A program made the position numbers and the translations under genes. Source: an uncultured Akkermansia sp. (GTDB lineage: Bacteria > Verrucomicrobiota > Kiritimatiellia > RFP12 > JAAYNR01). From it: 16,964 bases of DNA. The stretch's first letter is position 1. The number at the start of each line of letters is the position of its first letter. Of this stretch, positions 1 through 7,563 are shown piece after piece. The stretch is taken from NCBI GenBank assembly GCA_964580075.1, contig CAZOJL010000069.1, forward strand, positions 1 through 16,964, given 5' to 3'. The notes under the pieces were generated by a model. The model was not told the origin of the DNA. It made no database searches and saw only the letters and a list, made by a program, of their open reading frames with translations.

Positions 1-2451
1 AGTTGGTTGAATGAGTATGTGGATGTGGCGGATTTGAGCGTGAAGGCGCTTTCGGACGCGCTCACCTTTTCGGGGATCGAGGTGGAGGGCGTGGAGACGG
101 TGGGGGCGGCGCTGGACGACCACTTTGTGGTGGGCGAGGTGCTGACCTGCGCGGCGCATCCGAATGCCGACCATCTGCACGTGTGCACCGTCTCTGACGG
201 CGTGCACGAGCTGCAGATCGTGTGCGGCGCGCCGAATTGCGCGGCGGGCCTGAAGGTGCCGCTGGCGACCATCGGCGCGATTGTTCCCGAAGGAGGCTTC
301 GCGATCAAGAAGGCCAAGCTCCGCGGTGTGGAGTCGTTCGGCATGCTCTGTTCACCCAGCGAGCTCAAGCTTTCCTCGGAGGGCGCGGGCTTGCTGGTGC
401 TCGACCCGGCGCTCGCGGCGGGGACTCCCATGCGCGAGGTGTTGCCGCCGCCCGAGACGGTGTTTGATCTGGAGATCACCTGGAACCGGAGTGACTGCCT
501 GTCGCTGATCGGCATCGCCCGCGAGTTCGCGGCGGTGCTGAAGCGGCCGTTGCGCCTGCCCGAGATCCGCTTTGCCGAGACCGGCGAGCCGGTGGCGGGA
601 TACGCCCGGGTGGTGGTCGAAGATCCGGCGCAGTGTCCGCGCTATACGGCGCGGGTGCTGACGGGTATCACCGACGGACCGTCGCCCGCGTGGATGAGCC
701 GGCGTCTGGAGGCATGCGGGGTGCGGCCGATCAGCTTGATCGTCGACGTGACCAACTACGTGATGCTTGAATGCGGCCAGCCGATGCACGCGTTTGACTA
801 CACCACGCTGGCGGAGCGAACGATCATCGTCCGCTGTGCGAAGCCGGGCGAGACCCTCCGGACGCTCGACGGCATCGAGCGGAAGCTGGGCGAGGAGATG
901 CTGGTGATTGCCGACGCGGCGCGGGCAACGGCCGTGGCCGGCGTGATGGGCGGCGAGAATACCGAGATCGCCGCCGGCACGTCGAATGTGTTGCTGGAAA
1001 GCGCGACTTTTGCGGCGCCGTCGATCAAACGTACGGCGACCCGACTGGGAGTGCGCACCGAGTCATCCCATCGCTTCGAGCGGACGGTTGACGGCGAACT
1101 GGCCGACTGGGGCAGCCGGCGGGCGGTGGCGCTGTTGGTGGCGTTGGGCGGCGCGACGGTGGCCCGGGGGTGCATTGACATCGACAACCGGCCACCGACC
1201 GCGCGGACGGTGGTGCTGCGCTTCCGCCGGACGCGCGACGTGATTGGGGTGGCGCTCGACGCGACCGAGATGGTTGCGATTCTGGACCGGCTTGGATTCG
1301 AAGTGGTGACGCGTGATGACGCAGCGGCGACCTTCCGGGTGCCGAGCTGGCGGTGTGACGTCGAACTGGAGGCCGATCTGATTGAGGAGATCGCCCGCAT
1401 GCACGGATTGGACGCGATCCCCAACACGGCGCCGACGGCGGTCGTGTCAAACGATAACGATGATTTCTTCCGGGCGCGCGCCCGGTGCCGCGCGATACTG
1501 ACGGGGCTCGGTTTCACCGAGGCGATGCACTACAGCTTTCTGGCCGCAACCGAGTTGGACGCGTTCGACCCTCGCCCGGCGGCGCGGCGGCTGGTGCTGC
1601 CCAATCCGGTCAGCGCCGACTACGCCGTGATGCGCGACAGCCTGTTGCCGCAACTGGTCGCGACGCTCGGACGCAACGCCTCGCGCCAGGTCGTGTCGTG
1701 CGCGCTGTTCGAAATGGGGCGTGTCTTTTCGCGCGAGGCCGACGGCACGCCGTGCGAGGAAGATCGCATCTCGCTGGGGCTGATCGGTCCCCTGGGGCGT
1801 CCGGCGCTCGACACGCGGCGGGCGGTGACGTCTGAAGAGGCGGCGCTGTGGATTAAAGGGGCGGTCGAGGCGCTGGCGCGGGCGCTGCATGCGGGTGAGA
1901 TCACGCTGCATACGAAGCCGTCTGTTGATACAGGGCAGTTCCATTTTGCCGGTGGCTCGACCATGGTGAAAGACCATCCGGCGATGGAATCGGGCTGGGC
2001 GTTCGAATTGCGATTGGACAACCACCCGGTGGGCTTGCTTGGCGTGGTGAGCGGCGCGGTGCGGCATCAGTGGCGGTTGACCGCGCCGTTGGCCGTGGCC
2101 GAACTGCGGGCCGGGCCGCTGCTGGCCGGTTGTTTCCGCCAGCGCCCGCTTGCCGACGTGCCCGCATTTCCGGCGATTCGGCGGGATTTGGCGTTGGTGG
2201 CGCCCGCGTCCGTCACGCATGCCGACGTGGTTGCAACGATCCGGAAGGGGGCGCAAAAAGAGTTGACGGGCGTCGAGCTTTTTGATATATTCGCGTCCAA
2301 GGGTGACCAGAGCGGCATGCGTAGTTTGGCTTACGCGTTGGAGTTTCGGTCACCGAGCCGGACTTTGACAGACGATGAGGTCAACCGGGCTGTAACATCG
2401 ATCATTGGGGCGTTGAAGGAAGACTTACGAGTTGACATACGCGACAAATGA
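1..2451 (+). CDS. pheT: Phenylalanine--tRNA ligase beta subunit (5' end truncated by window edge, ~3 codons missing)
   Basis: The 814-aa frame aligns along its whole length with E. coli PheT: the N-terminal tRNA-binding/EMAP domain (GEV..C..HPNADHL..VC..VCGAPN), the B3/4 domain (NYVMLECGQPMHAFD), the B5 domain and the C-terminal FDX-like domain. The frame is open from position 1 (SWLNEYV matches ELWLREWV of E. coli). Stop codon TGA at 2449-2451. Confidence 0.95.
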   Translation, partial: SWLNEYVDVADLSVKALSDALTFSGIEVEGVETVGAALDDHFVVGEVLTCAAHPNADHLHVCTVSDGVHELQIVCGAPNCAAGLKVPLATIGAIVPEGGFAIKKAKLRGVESFGMLCSPSELKLSSEGAGLLVLDPALAAGTPMREVLPPPETVFDLEITWNRSDCLSLIGIAREFAAVLKRPLRLPEIRFAETGEPVAGYARVVVEDPAQCPRYTARVLTGITDGPSPAWMSRRLEACGVRPISLIVDVTNYVMLECGQPMHAFDYTTLAERTIIVRCAKPGETLRTLDGIERKLGEEMLVIADAARATAVAGVMGGENTEIAAGTSNVLLESATFAAPSIKRTATRLGVRTESSHRFERTVDGELADWGSRRAVALLVALGGATVARGCIDIDNRPPTARTVVLRFRRTRDVIGVALDATEMVAILDRLGFEVVTRDDAAATFRVPSWRCDVELEADLIEEIARMHGLDAIPNTAPTAVVSNDNDDFFRARARCRAILTGLGFTEAMHYSFLAATELDAFDPRPAARRLVLPNPVSADYAVMRDSLLPQLVATLGRNASRQVVSCALFEMGRVFSREADGTPCEEDRISLGLIGPLGRPALDTRRAVTSEEAALWIKGAVEALARALHAGEITLHTKPSVDTGQFHFAGGSTMVKDHPAMESGWAFELRLDNHPVGLLGVVSGAVRHQWRLTAPLAVAELRAGPLLAGCFRQRPLADVPAFPAIRRDLALVAPASVTHADVVATIRKGAQKELTGVELFDIFASKGDQSGMRSLAYALEFRSPSRTLTDDEVNRAVTSIIGALKEDLRVDIRDK

Positions 2452-2689
2452 TCCTTTGAAATTGAAACTGGCCCTGCTGTGAACGTGAATTGGCGGAATT
2501 TCTCTGACCTACATGGTATTTGGGGGCTCAACGACGGCGCGGGCTGGACGCCGGTTCCTCGGAATCGGATGACACGATGCGCTGGAAGCGAGTCCCGACC
2601 TTGAAACGCGAGGTCTAAGAGCTTACGCCGCTACGTCACAGTGGGGTTTTATTTTACGATCCGTTCACACCAGGCTGAGGGGCGTTTCC

Positions 2690-3571
2690 CTAACGTCCCG
2701 GTGAGGCCTTCCCGGTGCCGCCGGCCGGGGTTTCCGTTGGGGTGTGACTTTTGGGGATCGGACGTCCCAACCGCTTCAGCACACTCTTGAGGTCGCTCCA
2801 GGCATCCTGCTTTGCAGGGGGGAAGCGCAGCAAATAGGCGGGGTGGAACGTGGGCATCAGCGGGATCTCGCTGTAGAGGGTCCACTGACCGCGCAATTTG
2901 GAAATGGCGGTTTGAGCGTTGAGCAGTCCTTTTGCGGCGGTGGCACCGAGCGTGACGATCACCTTGGGTTTGATCACCGCGATCTGGGCTTGCAGGAAGG
3001 GGATGCACGCCTGCATCTCCTCGGGCGTTGGCGGGCGATTGTTGGGCGGCCTGCATTTGCAGATGTTGGCGATGAAGATTTCGTCCCGCGAAAAGCCCAT
3101 GGCCTCAATCATCTTGGTCAGAAGCTGACCTGCTCGACCGACGAAGGCGAGTCCCTGCGCGTCTTCATCCTGTCCGGGGGCTTCGCCGATAAACAGAATC
3201 TCGGGCGAGTCGGGGTTTCCCTGTCCCGGAACCACGCGTGTACGGCTGTCGGCAAGCGGACAGCGGCTACAGGCAGCGGCCTGTTCGGCGATCCGGTCGA
3301 GCGCGGCCCGTCGATCGGCGGGAGATTTGGCGGGAAACGGGGGGAGTGGGGGAGGGGGGAGAGATGCCGGAGCGGCGGCGGCCGTGCGGTGACCGGTGGC
3401 GGCCGGCCGGTGCGCGGTTGAAGGCGGGGACGCGGGGATCGAGGCGGTGGGAGCCTTGGCCCCCAATCGCGCGAGGAGATCCGGTGGAAAGGGAACGTCT
3501 CGCGTGCCGTTTTCCTGTTGGAAACGGAGGTAGTCGATCAACCCGTCAATCGAATCGGTCCAGTCAGACAT
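2690..3571 (-). CDS. Uracil-DNA glycosylase, family 4 (4Fe-4S type), with a ~95-aa N-terminal extension including a Pro-rich linker
   Basis: Family-4 UDG motifs are present: [31 protein letters not shown] and the C-terminal HPAYLLR. It aligns with Thermus/Thermotoga UdgA. ATG at 3571-3569 lies 5 nt downstream of the flotillin stop codon. Confidence 0.85.
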   Translation of the reverse strand: MSDWTDSIDGLIDYLRFQQENGTRDVPFPPDLLARLGAKAPTASIPASPPSTAHRPAATGHRTAAAAPASLPPPPLPPFPAKSPADRRAALDRIAEQAAACSRCPLADSRTRVVPGQGNPDSPEILFIGEAPGQDEDAQGLAFVGRAGQLLTKMIEAMGFSRDEIFIANICKCRPPNNRPPTPEEMQACIPFLQAQIAVIKPKVIVTLGATAAKGLLNAQTAISKLRGQWTLYSEIPLMPTFHPAYLLRFPPAKQDAWSDLKSVLKRLGRPIPKSHTPTETPAGGTGKASPGR

Positions 3572-3576
3572 AAGGG

Positions 3577-5061
3577 TTATTCAGCCTTTGCGGGCGGCTC
3601 GGGCGTGGCGTGTTCCGTTCCGACGGCTTTTCCGAGGTAGGCGGGGAGGTCGATGCCCACCTGTTTGGCGAGTTCGTGCATGGGCGGCAGCGCGCCCATG
3701 AGTTTCTGCCCGAGCGAACCTAAGCCCCCCTGCTGACCCCCACCATCCCAGATAAAGATCTTCTCGATCGGCAGGTCCTGGATGGCTTGGGCTTGAATGC
3801 GGGCCACATCGACCAGCTTCTCGACGAGCAACAACGAGGCGGCCTGTTCTGCGGACGCACAGGCTTTGACCAAGTTGGCGTACCCTTGTGCCTTGCTGTC
3901 GAGAATAGCCTGCACGCCGCGCGCTTCGGCGGTCATCTGAACCACGGTCGCTTCGGCTTGACCTTCGGCGATGCGTATAGCCTTTTGCTTCTCCGCGTCG
4001 GCGGCGATCAGCACGCGTTCACGTTCGGCGTTCGCGGGCACCACGATTTCGGCCATGAGGCGTGCCCGTTCACGTTCGGCACGGGCGTCCTCGGCCTTCT
4101 TCTGTGCCATTTCCTGAGCCACACGGATTGCGCCATCGGCTTCTTGAGCGGCAGATTCCGCACGGTTGCGCGCCTGTTGTTCGGCCACGTGCTGGTTGGC
4201 CCGCGAACTCGCCTTGCGGGCATCCGCATCGGTTTCGGCATGTACGGCCTCGGCGTCCAGACCGGACGACTCCATGCGCATGTCGCGGTTGGCCTTGGCT
4301 TCGCCGATTTCGGCGGTTGCGTTCGCGGCGGCGACGGCCACGCGCGTGTCGCGCTGCCGTTCTGCCACGCCCGTCTGTCCCGTCCGCTCCTGTTCGGCGA
4401 CGTCGACGTTGGCCTGATTGATGGCTTCAGCGGCCGCTCGGCGGCCGAGGGCCACGATATAGCCCGAGTCGTCTTCGATGTCACGGATGTTCACGTTGAT
4501 CAGCGAGAGACCGATTTTCTCGAGTTCGCCGGAGACAGCCTCGTTGACCTTGCCGAGAAACGCCTGCCGATCACGGTTGATTTCTTCGATCTTCATCGTC
4601 GCGATGACGGCGCGCATCTGACCGAGGATGATGTCCTGTGCCTGGTTCTGAATATCCTGTGAGCTCTGACCGAGCAGACGGACGGCCGCGTTCTCCATGA
4701 TGCCCGGCTCGATCGAGATGGCGGCGGTGACGGTGGTCGGCACGCTGACACGGATGTTTTCGGACGACAGCGCGCTCTTGAGGTCGACCGGGACGACGAA
4801 CGGTTCCAGATCCAGATACTCATAGGCTTGGAAGAGGGGCCACACGAAAGCCGCGCCACCGTGGATGCACTTGGCCGCGCCATGGCTGGTCTTGCCGTAG
4901 ATGACCAGGATGCGGTTCGACGGGCAGCGGCGGTAACGCGAGAGGAACGTGATGGTGGTGAGCAACAGGGCCAATCCCAGCAGAAGCCAAAGAAACAGGT
5001 TGACGAGTGAGGTGTCGAGGTGTGTGGGAATTTGCATCAGTGGGAGGATCAGGGTATGCAT
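3577..5061 (-). CDS. Flotillin-like SPFH/band-7 membrane protein (YqiK/FloA family)
   Basis: N-terminal TM helix, SPFH domain, then a long Ala/Glu/Arg/Gln-rich coiled-coil flotillin region. GGAG Shine-Dalgarno 9 nt upstream of the ATG at 5061. TAA stop at 3577-3579. Confidence 0.9.
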   Translation of the reverse strand: MHTLILPLMQIPTHLDTSLVNLFLWLLLGLALLLTTITFLSRYRRCPSNRILVIYGKTSHGAAKCIHGGAAFVWPLFQAYEYLDLEPFVVPVDLKSALSSENIRVSVPTTVTAAISIEPGIMENAAVRLLGQSSQDIQNQAQDIILGQMRAVIATMKIEEINRDRQAFLGKVNEAVSGELEKIGLSLINVNIRDIEDDSGYIVALGRRAAAEAINQANVDVAEQERTGQTGVAERQRDTRVAVAAANATAEIGEAKANRDMRMESSGLDAEAVHAETDADARKASSRANQHVAEQQARNRAESAAQEADGAIRVAQEMAQKKAEDARAERERARLMAEIVVPANAERERVLIAADAEKQKAIRIAEGQAEATVVQMTAEARGVQAILDSKAQGYANLVKACASAEQAASLLLVEKLVDVARIQAQAIQDLPIEKIFIWDGGGQQGGLGSLGQKLMGALPPMHELAKQVGIDLPAYLGKAVGTEHATPEPPAKAE

Positions 5062-5079
5062 GGTGTAATCTCCGTGTTT

Positions 5080-5673
5080 TCAGGATTGGGACAGGGGTTC
5101 GACGACAAGGGTTGTTTGGCCGATGCGGCTGCGCGCGATGACCGGTGTGCCGGCCTTGATGGCGCCTCCGTCGCAGGAACGCGCTTTAATGTAGCAGACG
5201 CTGCCGCTTACGACCACGCGAATCTCGCCGGTGCCGTTCTCCGGGATATCCAAGTAGACCGACGATTCACTGCCCAGGGCCGTGTCGAGGTTGCGCGTGC
5301 CGGAGGATGCCAGTTTGGGGAGGATGTGCAGCAGAAAGGCGACCGAGACCATGCCGCCCAACCCCCAGAGTGCGGCTGATCCGAAGACGCGCGAAACCGG
5401 AAGGCCGCGTTCGAGGTAGAGCGCGGCCGCCCAGAAGAAGAGCGTGAGGAAGGTCAACAGCGCCCGTAGGCTGAGCAGCTTGAAGGCCAGCACGGTTTCC
5501 ACCGCGTCGGTGCCGTCGGTGTCCGATCCATCCAGATCACCGTCAGCGTCCCCGCCGCCGGCCAGTCCGATCAGCGACGCGGCCAATTGCCAGATGAACG
5601 GCACGCTGATGCAGATGGCGATTCCGTACAAGGTTTGATTCGGGCTTGAAAGCGCATTCCACCAGTTCACCAT
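5080..5673 (-). CDS. NfeD-like / YqiJ-family inner-membrane protein (flotillin partner, C-terminal OB-fold)
   Basis: Multi-TM N-terminus with an acidic DG-rich loop and a C-terminal beta-rich domain (GEIRVVVSGSVCYIKARS...GTPVIARSRIGQTTLVVEP) typical of NfeD. The likely start is MVNWW at 5673-5671, preceded by AGGAGG. The six-frame ORF continues upstream in frame, but that extension is low-complexity and overlaps the upstream gene. Confidence 0.7.
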   Translation of the reverse strand: MVNWWNALSSPNQTLYGIAICISVPFIWQLAASLIGLAGGGDADGDLDGSDTDGTDAVETVLAFKLLSLRALLTFLTLFFWAAALYLERGLPVSRVFGSAALWGLGGMVSVAFLLHILPKLASSGTRNLDTALGSESSVYLDIPENGTGEIRVVVSGSVCYIKARSCDGGAIKAGTPVIARSRIGQTTLVVEPLSQS

Positions 5674-5675
5674 AA

Positions 5676-6872
5676 TCAGCCTCCTGTGCTGTTGACCATG
5701 CGGCTGAGATCGATGTCCGCCCCTGTTCGTCGCACGGTGCGCCCGATCAGCCGCCGCGCGTCCCGGTCGTCCGTCGGCGACAGGCCGTCGGCCAGGGCCG
5801 CGACCTCTCGGCAGCAACCGTGGCGGTAGGATCGGACGGTTACAGCCTGTCCGGCCGGAACCGTATGGGAAACAAAATGGTGTTGCCATCGGCCCATCGT
5901 GGTGGCACGCGACGGCAGGGCGGCCAAAGCCTGTTCTGCGAAGCCGGCGAGCAGGAAGGGGCATTCGGAGACAGTCGTGAGGCGTTGGCACAGCCGGGCG
6001 GCGATGGCTTCATGATCGAAGATAAAAGTGTCGCTATCACGAAAATGACCGAGGCGGAGCCAATCGGCATCGGGTGTCCATGCCATGTGCGTGAGGCGGC
6101 AGCCCCACGGGTTGAGGGGCGCATCGGGAGCGCCGAAACAATAGCAGGCGCCGCAGGGTGCGTCCGCGCGTTTCCGCATGCAGCGGGCAAGCGGGGAGTC
6201 GGTATCCGGCTCAGAGGGGGGGGCATCAGCGGCCGGTTTGGTCGGCAGGGAGGACTCCGGCTCTGCCGTCTGCATCTGTGCACCGGGGTTTGACACAGGA
6301 TCCGCCGCACGGGTTATCTTTGCAGGCGCTGGTGTCGGCATGGCAGGAGTGCCGTGCGGCGGGGGCGACGGTCGAGCCGTCGGTTTCGGGATGGGCTGCG
6401 GCGGGCGCGCCCGCTGACGGGGAGGTGACATGTTGCGCGCGACGGTGTCGGACGTCGCGATGACATCCTCACGACGCGGTAGCGGCGGGGGGGAGGAGTC
6501 AGCCGGAAGGCTGCGGAGGCGGGGGGTGACGCGTTTCACGACCATGTCGATATCGGCCTGCACGAAACCCTGTTGGGTCAGGAACGCTTCCAGCGGCCGC
6601 GATTCATGGGGGGAGACCTGCCCGTCGGCAAGCGACATGAAAATCATATCCTCGATCATGCGCATCGTGCCGGTTGCGTGTTGGATGGACCGCAAGCGAT
6701 AAGGGGGCTTCAATGCCCTCAGGTCGCGCGCGGCCGCCAGATCGCTCTCGTGCGCGCCGATACGGGCCATGATCTCGCGCAACGCGGCGGCCTCCGCAGG
6801 CGTAAACGCACCGTCGGCTTCAGCGATCGTCAATACATTGGCGAGATGGAGAACAGTGTGGGTGTCTGGCAT
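5676..6872 (-). CDS. TerB-like (tellurite-resistance/DjlA-N-type) domain protein fused through a ~100-aa Pro-rich linker to an uncharacterised Cys/His-rich C-terminal domain
   Basis: The N-terminal ~110 aa (LANVLTIAEADGAFTPAEAAALREIMARIG...MSLADGQVSPHESRPLEAFLTQQGFVQADIDMV) resembles the TerB/DjlA N-terminal fold. The C-terminal domain (CMRKRADAPCGACYCFG...GCRLTHMAW...CPF...WQHHFVSH...HGCC) is unrecognised. TGA stop at 5678-5676 is 2 nt from the nfeD-like ATG. Confidence 0.55.
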   Translation of the reverse strand: MPDTHTVLHLANVLTIAEADGAFTPAEAAALREIMARIGAHESDLAAARDLRALKPPYRLRSIQHATGTMRMIEDMIFMSLADGQVSPHESRPLEAFLTQQGFVQADIDMVVKRVTPRLRSLPADSSPPPLPRREDVIATSDTVARNMSPPRQRARPPQPIPKPTARPSPPPHGTPAMPTPAPAKITRAADPVSNPGAQMQTAEPESSLPTKPAADAPPSEPDTDSPLARCMRKRADAPCGACYCFGAPDAPLNPWGCRLTHMAWTPDADWLRLGHFRDSDTFIFDHEAIAARLCQRLTTVSECPFLLAGFAEQALAALPSRATTMGRWQHHFVSHTVPAGQAVTVRSYRHGCCREVAALADGLSPTDDRDARRLIGRTVRRTGADIDLSRMVNSTGG

Positions 6873-6949
6873 GGCGGGTTGCTGTTGCGTGCAGGGTCAC
6901 ATCATTACGTGTCGTGAGCGTATCACTGATCGGGGTCGACGGCAAATGA

Positions 6950-6971
6950 AAAATCACAATAAAAAATCACG
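6950..6971. promoter_or_regulatory. Two direct copies of AAAAATCAC (13-nt period) in the divergent promoter region, upstream of a candidate -35/-10 (TTGCCG-17-TACGCT on the minus strand) for the terB-nfeD-flotillin-udg operon
   Basis: Copies at 6950-6958 and 6963-6971, read directly from the sequence, inside an AT-rich patch in an otherwise GC-rich genome. Confidence 0.25.
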
Positions 6972-7045
6972 GTAATGGGTCAGTTGGGCGCACAGGGCGA
7001 ACGCATCTAAATTTCTTCCCTACTGCTAAAAAAGGGACACTTTTC

Positions 7046-7226
7046 GCAAAAACCGCAAAATATGAGCGAATGTTTCGTCCGCCTCACCCGTGGATACACG
7101 GACGGCGGAACGAACATTCGCTCAAAACCGGGTTGATTACCGTCATTCAGCGGTTTCACCGGTACGCCGTCCGTGTATTCACGGGTGAGGCATCCGAGTG
7201 AAACCGCAAAGTGGCGGTTTTTGCGG
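7046..7226. repeat. Nested inverted-repeat element. The outer IR is CGCAAAAACCGC (7046-7057) against GCGGTTTTTGCG (7215-7226). Inside it is a 27-bp IR (7082-7108 against 7166-7192, one mismatch that is G-U compatible) with a 57-nt spacer. Each 27-mer contains its own CCGTG-nnnn-CACGG mini-hairpin. Flank/loop complementarities (7065-7078 with 7112-7124; 7151-7160 with 7199-7208) give a mutually exclusive alternative fold.
   Basis: Manual reverse-complement comparison. The motif AAACCGC/GCGGTTT recurs five times in both orientations. Confidence 0.8.
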
Positions 7227-7264
7227 TAGAATTATGATGCGTTTGCCCTGGTTGGGCGCATTCT

Positions 7265-7319
7265 TGACATGTTCCCGCACGTCTGGCATGCTACTGCCAC
7301 GTATTCGCCACAGCATGCG
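7265..7319 (+). promoter_or_regulatory. Candidate hydF promoter/operator: TTGACA at 7265-7270 and a 7-bp IR GCATGCT(7287-7293)-N19-AGCATGC(7313-7319)
   Basis: Exact -35 consensus hexamer. The -10 is weak (CATGCT). The IR could be an operator. An overlapping TGGCAT-N5-TGCC resembles a sigma-54 -24/-12 element but the spacing is off by one. Confidence 0.25.
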
Positions 7320-7563
7320 GGGTTGAACGCGTGTGTGTCCGCACCACCGGAAAAGCGTGCTCTGCTTTATTTTATCACGCGTGGCTCAGGTCAAATCCGG
7401 TGGGCATGACGTGTGCCGCTGGCAACGGCGGCTCCTGGCGGGTCTTGCTGCAGATCGGAACCATGACAACTTACCGGACAGAGCAGGACGCCTTGGGAGA
7501 ACGGCCGTTGCCGGCAGATGCCCTGCACGGCATCCACACGCAACCGCCACCGCGATAATACCC

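Noticed and set aside
798-2318. Several long minus-strand ORFs (798-1517, 1447-2256, 1620-2021 and others) plus short plus-strand ORFs inside pheT
   Set aside because: They are antisense or overlapping frames of a confidently identified, full-length pheT. They are Arg/Pro/Ser/Ala-rich low-complexity translations typical of GC-rich antisense reading, with no motifs.
2452-2689. 238-nt convergent intergenic region after pheT, searched for a terminator or sRNA
   Set aside because: It contains only weak, short GC stems (for example CCGCTACGTCAC, CCGGTGCCGCCGGCCGGG) with no clean hairpin plus T-tract. Nothing can be supported from sequence alone.
7063-7137. 24-codon ORF inside the palindromic element (MSECFVRLTRGYTDGGTNIRSKPG)
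   Set aside because: No Shine-Dalgarno and no recognisable leader-peptide codon bias. Kept only as a note under the IR finding, not called as a gene.
7333-7563. In-frame upstream extension of hydF (ORF track start 7333) and the overlapping 75-aa ORF 7331-7558
   Set aside because: Homology to HydF begins exactly at MQNTPKG (7564). The extension is Arg/Ala-rich with no similarity and would run through the promoter-like region.
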